A stretch of DNA of 64,000 nucleotides from Strigamia acuminata. Taxonomy: Eukaryota. Where the stretch lies: contig OX442314.1 in assembly GCA_949358305.1 (NCBI GenBank), forward strand, positions 31,806,001 to 31,870,000. Direction: 5' to 3'. This document shows, one piece after another, positions 59,597 to 64,000 of the stretch; the first letter of the stretch is position 1; every line of letters starts with the position of its first letter. The notes beneath the pieces were generated by a model that did not search any database, was not told the DNA's origin, and saw only the letters and a program-made list of their open reading frames with translations. The translations under genes were made by a program, and so were the position numbers.

Positions 59597-61336
59597 TCAA
59601 TCGTCATCGTCATCGTCATCGTCATCATCATCGTCATCATCATCGTTATCGTCATCGTCATCATCATCGTCATCATCATCGTCATCATCATCGTCATCGT
59701 CATCGTCATCGTCACAAGGCGAGGCAACACTAACATCAAAATGGATGCATCCATCAAAATTTGTTGGCATTTTGTATTCATTCACTTTCATCATCGTGTT
59801 TAACGAATACACGTTGTACGACACATCTGTTTTTGTGTATATGAGGCAGTCTTCGTCGTAACAAACATACAAAAACACTTCACCATCGATATTTGGCGAC
59901 GGAACAACACTCCAGCAATCACTTTCGATGTCGTAAATTAACAGAGATCTATTGGGGATTTTTTGAACAAAAATCAACGTTTCAGAAGAATTTACGACTC
60001 GATTTTTACACGTGACTCTTTGCCAATTGCCCGGTAATTTCTCCTTCGTTACACAAGTCTCCAAAGCCACGTTAAGAACCTTTATGTGCAACTCGTCCAC
60101 ATCGAAATAATACACCTCAGCATTCACATCATTATTTGCCAAAAGCAAAGATGTGAAATCCGAAATGTCGTCACAGAAATCGAGGACTAACCATTCCTTT
60201 AAGTTTGTCAAAAAGCACGAATAAGTATGACTTGATCTTCTAAAATAGATTTCCGACCGACTCGCCGTTTCACATGGCACATTATCCACAGCAAAGTCTT
60301 CGGCTTGGTCGAAAATGTCACCCGTAGACGCTTCAATTGCTCGAAGTCCCATTTGATGTGGCAAATGGTTAAAGTAAAACATCTCTTTCGTTCTCGACAA
60401 CGCCGGACACCGAACTGTCGCCGTGCTGATGTCGTTAATCCATTCCTCCTCATATTCCCATTCTTCGTGCTTTAAATAGGAGATTTTACGGGTGCAGCTT
60501 CCGCTCGTAATTTCGAACACACTTATTTCAACTGACTGCGATCTTGTAGCTAACCACCTCGTAGCGACGACCTTGCTTACAGCGCTGTAAACTTCTGCTG
60601 ATTTATTAACAGCATCCGATAATAACAGCGTGCTAAGCGAGTGGTCTGACAAATACTGTATGCCGCATTTTGATATAAATTCCAAAAGGTGTTCGGTGTT
60701 GCTTTCCATTGCGGATGACTTTAGTTTCCACCAATTTAAGTAAAACACAATCAACTCGCCTGCATTTTTCACTGTCAGTACCTTATCTAGGCTTGTCATT
60801 TGGTTGGTTGTTATAGCGCACAGTCGATCGGTGTCGGAGATCAGTCGCGTGTGGTGCGAAACAAACAGTCGAACTTTTTGGACCGTTTCGTCTTCGTTGA
60901 ACATTTCCGCCAGCCGCCAAATGTCTAAAAAGTTGTTTATAGTAATCGAAATTTTATATTCGGTCCAGTAGTTGTCAAATAGTATGTTCAACTGCATCTT
61001 GTTAGCGGCAATGAGTGTTTCTCCAAGTAGAGTGTCGGATATTTGGGCACGGACAGGAATATCTTGCGCGTATAAGAATTTGATGATTATTTCCATGACT
61101 TCGGAAGATATGTCCGGGAATGTTGCAATGTTGGTTTCGTCCTCCATGTTGCCGTGGTTGAACATTGCACGGAAATAATCACTTCCAGCGACCAATATCC
61201 GTTTATCGGCGAGTACACGTCCGTCATCGTTGCACCGTAGCACAACCGTGTCGGGTTTTCCTTCCTCTCGCGAATTGTACAAAATAGCACTGACTTGACG
61301 AATTCTTCGGGCTTGATCCTTGTTAGCTGAGTCCAT
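59597..61336 (-). CDS. BTB/BACK poly-Asp protein, copy 2
   Basis: Translation identical to copy 1. Confidence 0.88.
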   Translation of the reverse strand: MDSANKDQARRIRQVSAILYNSREEGKPDTVVLRCNDDGRVLADKRILVAGSDYFRAMFNHGNMEDETNIATFPDISSEVMEIIIKFLYAQDIPVRAQISDTLLGETLIAANKMQLNILFDNYWTEYKISITINNFLDIWRLAEMFNEDETVQKVRLFVSHHTRLISDTDRLCAITTNQMTSLDKVLTVKNAGELIVFYLNWWKLKSSAMESNTEHLLEFISKCGIQYLSDHSLSTLLLSDAVNKSAEVYSAVSKVVATRWLATRSQSVEISVFEITSGSCTRKISYLKHEEWEYEEEWINDISTATVRCPALSRTKEMFYFNHLPHQMGLRAIEASTGDIFDQAEDFAVDNVPCETASRSEIYFRRSSHTYSCFLTNLKEWLVLDFCDDISDFTSLLLANNDVNAEVYYFDVDELHIKVLNVALETCVTKEKLPGNWQRVTCKNRVVNSSETLIFVQKIPNRSLLIYDIESDCWSVVPSPNIDGEVFLYVCYDEDCLIYTKTDVSYNVYSLNTMMKVNEYKMPTNFDGCIHFDVSVASPCDDDDDDDDDDDDDDDDDDDDDDNDDDDDDDDDDDDDDD

Positions 61337-62571
61337 TTTAAACTTGCGGGTCCACCAAACTTACAGGATTTGTGGTCACGTCTGTTTATTTCGTTCGTAC
61401 GTTATAGCTCGATCTGCACGCGTTTTAACGGTAAACCGGAAGTGATGCGCACGCCTTCTGGGTCGGCCAGATTTCAACAACTCCGTCTGGTGGTGGAGAT
61501 TCTTATTCGTGATTTGCATATTGGATCCAAGGTGACACAAACCTAAAACAACAACGTCGAGGATAACACGTAGGGTGTTTGATTTCTCCAAACGTCAATT
61601 TGCCTAATCATTATTATTATTTATTGTCTACACTTGGAAGAACTCAGAGGAAAAAGATTGAGTGTAGTTTGTCATAAAAGATTTTGTGTAGACTGGCTGT
61701 TTAATAAACATTGCTTGAGTTTAGTAGTAAAGTGGAGGCAATGATGGTGTTACATCACAATTTTTAATTCCTGTATTATTATTACGGTAGCATTCCTGCA
61801 GATTTAGCATGTAGCATGCTGTATTATTTTGCTGTAGGGGATTATTTTCGACCAGGAATGTGTTCAAAAATAATGCAAATCGAAAATAATTCTGTTGACC
61901 GCCATCTCTCCTAGACTAAGAACTACGGTTTATTTGTAGCACATTCCACACACTTTCACTCCGAGCAAAGGAGAAAATCTATTTCTGTCTGTATCTTTGT
62001 CAATACTACTTGATTTTTCACACTTTTGCAATAGGTCTAGTGTCCGTACTTCGTGTACGATAAACTCATTCGATTCATAAATTTTAATGATTTAGAGTGT
62101 CATTTTATTTTCATGGGACTTGGAACACAGCAAGGAACATGGGTTCATGCACATGTTACCAGAAAAGACATTACTTTGAACTAACTCTTGTATACTTGTA
62201 AATGCATAATTGCTGTTTTCCTTTTTCTCGATATTTTGATCTGCCAGTTGCATTGGTTGATCCGCTAGAATCTCTCCATTTGGAATGTTGATTGCTGTTT
62301 CATTTACAATCAATCTATCTCTACTTTTGCCCTCCTAAGTATCGAAACAACGTGATTCGATTCTGGCAAAAAAAAAAATCACATCAAAATAATTGTAAAA
62401 AATACGAAATTTTAAATTACCGTAATGTAAACGTGTACGGTACGGACTTGTGGAACAAACTGTAGGGTTCGACAGAGGTTCACGTTTCACGTTTGAATAA
62501 CGTTCGCATCAAAGCGACTATATATGTGGCACATATAACTTATCCCAATCATCTAAACTTTGATTTTCGAC

Positions 62572-64000
62572 ATGTCTGTCTCAAATTTGAACTCGCTCTT
62601 GGAAACGATTCATATCGAAACTGTCCGCATTCTTCAGAACAAACCAGTTTCTAATGCCGAATGGAAAGCATTCGTTGCCACGGCGCATGCAGTTCATTCC
62701 CACGAAGACGGAGAAATAAAAATGTACGCAACCTTCAAAGAAGATGTTTCGACCGCGATTCGGCACGCAAAACGACGACTGTCGCGTCGAAAGACCCAAG
62801 AACTCGTCAAAGCATACATCCATGAATGGAAGAATTTTAACGAAGCCAGCAACCTTTTGGCACAAGTAATTCGCCCCGTGCCGACGAAAATTCGGTCGAA
62901 ATACGACCAAAATCGCGACAAAGTTGGCAGGATCATGCTAAATGGTTGGAATAATTGCGTGTTATCAAAATTTAAGCAGGATTTACAACGAGTCGTTACT
63001 CAATTAATTGAAAAGGAGAGAAACGGGGAAGTGTGCGAATCGCAATTGGTAATTGCAGTACGCAAATCCTACGTGGATTTAAACGCCGCTCAACTTCTGA
63101 CAGTAGCGGAAGACGAAATTTCCCCCGACCTTCAGCGACTGTTAGGATTGGACGAACCGAACGTCAACTTAAGCAATTTTGGCAACCACAAGTTATCCGT
63201 TTATCGAGAACTCTTCGAGAAAGATTACGTAGCGAACACAAATGCTTTTTACCTCGTTAAAGCGTCCGAGTACTTGGCGACGAACGGAGTCGAGGAATAT
63301 ATGAAATACGCGGATTTGAAGATCAGAGAAGAAGCTGAGAGAGGACAAAAGAATTTGGAATCGGACGACGCCTCGCAACAAGCGCTGACGAGTATTTGGG
63401 GCGATCTATTCGTGGTTCCGTTTAAAGAAACCATCTTAGCGCAATTTGCCGGGATGGTGAAGCAAAACGACGCCGAAAACCTGCAAATTATGTATCGATT
63501 GATGAGTCTAATGCCCGATGACTGCACCGCAATGCTCGCGAAATTAGAGGAGCCCATAGTGGACGTGTGCTTGGCGGAGATGTCCGGAAGTGTTCTTGAG
63601 GATAGCGCGAAATACGTGCAACGACTGCTGGATCTCTTCCACAGGTTCAACCGATTGGTCGACGTGGCGTATTTAAATGACCCGACGGCTCTTTCGTCTC
63701 GAGACAAAGCGTTCAAGACAATCACCAACGATTGCAGCCAATGTGCGGAGTTTTTGGCCAATTTTTGTGACATGTTGTTGCGGAGGACGCAACTGCGCAA
63801 GAAACTCACTTCCGGAGACATCGACGGCAAGTTGAAAGACGTGATTTCGTTGATAAAATATTTAGGCAACAAAATCGTCTTCATGAAATTCTACAAGTCG
63901 CATTTGACGAGGCGTTTGGTCTTGGAGACGTCGGCGGACATCGAGATGGAGGCGGAAGTGGTCGAAAACATGAAGGACATTGGAATGTCGTCCGATTACC
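62572..64000 (+). CDS. CUL5-derived cullin, in-frame copy (partial, runs off window)
   Basis: Contains the 25 bp (63571-63595) restoring VCLAEMSGSVLEDSAKY; open to the window end. Confidence 0.85.
   Translation, partial: MSVSNLNSLLETIHIETVRILQNKPVSNAEWKAFVATAHAVHSHEDGEIKMYATFKEDVSTAIRHAKRRLSRRKTQELVKAYIHEWKNFNEASNLLAQVIRPVPTKIRSKYDQNRDKVGRIMLNGWNNCVLSKFKQDLQRVVTQLIEKERNGEVCESQLVIAVRKSYVDLNAAQLLTVAEDEISPDLQRLLGLDEPNVNLSNFGNHKLSVYRELFEKDYVANTNAFYLVKASEYLATNGVEEYMKYADLKIREEAERGQKNLESDDASQQALTSIWGDLFVVPFKETILAQFAGMVKQNDAENLQIMYRLMSLMPDDCTAMLAKLEEPIVDVCLAEMSGSVLEDSAKYVQRLLDLFHRFNRLVDVAYLNDPTALSSRDKAFKTITNDCSQCAEFLANFCDMLLRRTQLRKKLTSGDIDGKLKDVISLIKYLGNKIVFMKFYKSHLTRRLVLETSADIEMEAEVVENMKDIGMSSDY

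Larger units (their letters stand above)
49627..63570. repeat. Recent tandem segmental duplication of 5887-19830 (offset 43,740)
   Basis: Only scattered SNPs seen (copy-1 positions 7288, 7356, 7978, 9658, 10639, 14127). Confidence 0.97.

Noticed and set aside
49627..63570. Pure assembly artefact
   Set aside because: The copies differ by SNPs, a TTAA insertion and the cullin haplotype; read depth is still needed to exclude concatenated haplotypes.

Overview
Eukaryotic (animal, probably arthropod) repeat-rich locus. A ~10.7 kb host block is tandemly repeated at a 43,740-bp period (5887-19830 vs 49627-63570, near-identical). It holds a truncated BTB-paralog pseudogene, an intronless BTB/BACK gene with a poly-Asp tail, and a head-to-head intronless CUL5-derived cullin, which in copy 1 stops before the neddylation domain. 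Between the blocks lies a three-element nest of Ty3/Gypsy retrotransposons. Element A (23792-56812, minus strand, AACT TSD) hosts an intact sister element B (28709-43107, TTAC TSD) and an intact Mag-like element C (44368-49044, ATCTT TSD). A and B share tRNA-Gln priming, a -1 frameshift signal, a CTCF-like LTR motif and a non-Env third ORF with a conserved Cys-rich domain I do not recognise. Bases 1-5886 look like the end of a large TTAA-inserted, piggyBac-like element that interrupts the first copy of A. It carries a subterminal palindrome array and two paralogous spliced double-C2H2 zinc-finger genes that the ORF track misses. MULE derivatives, a solo LTR and a MITE are also present. All comparisons were made by eye; no database searches were run.
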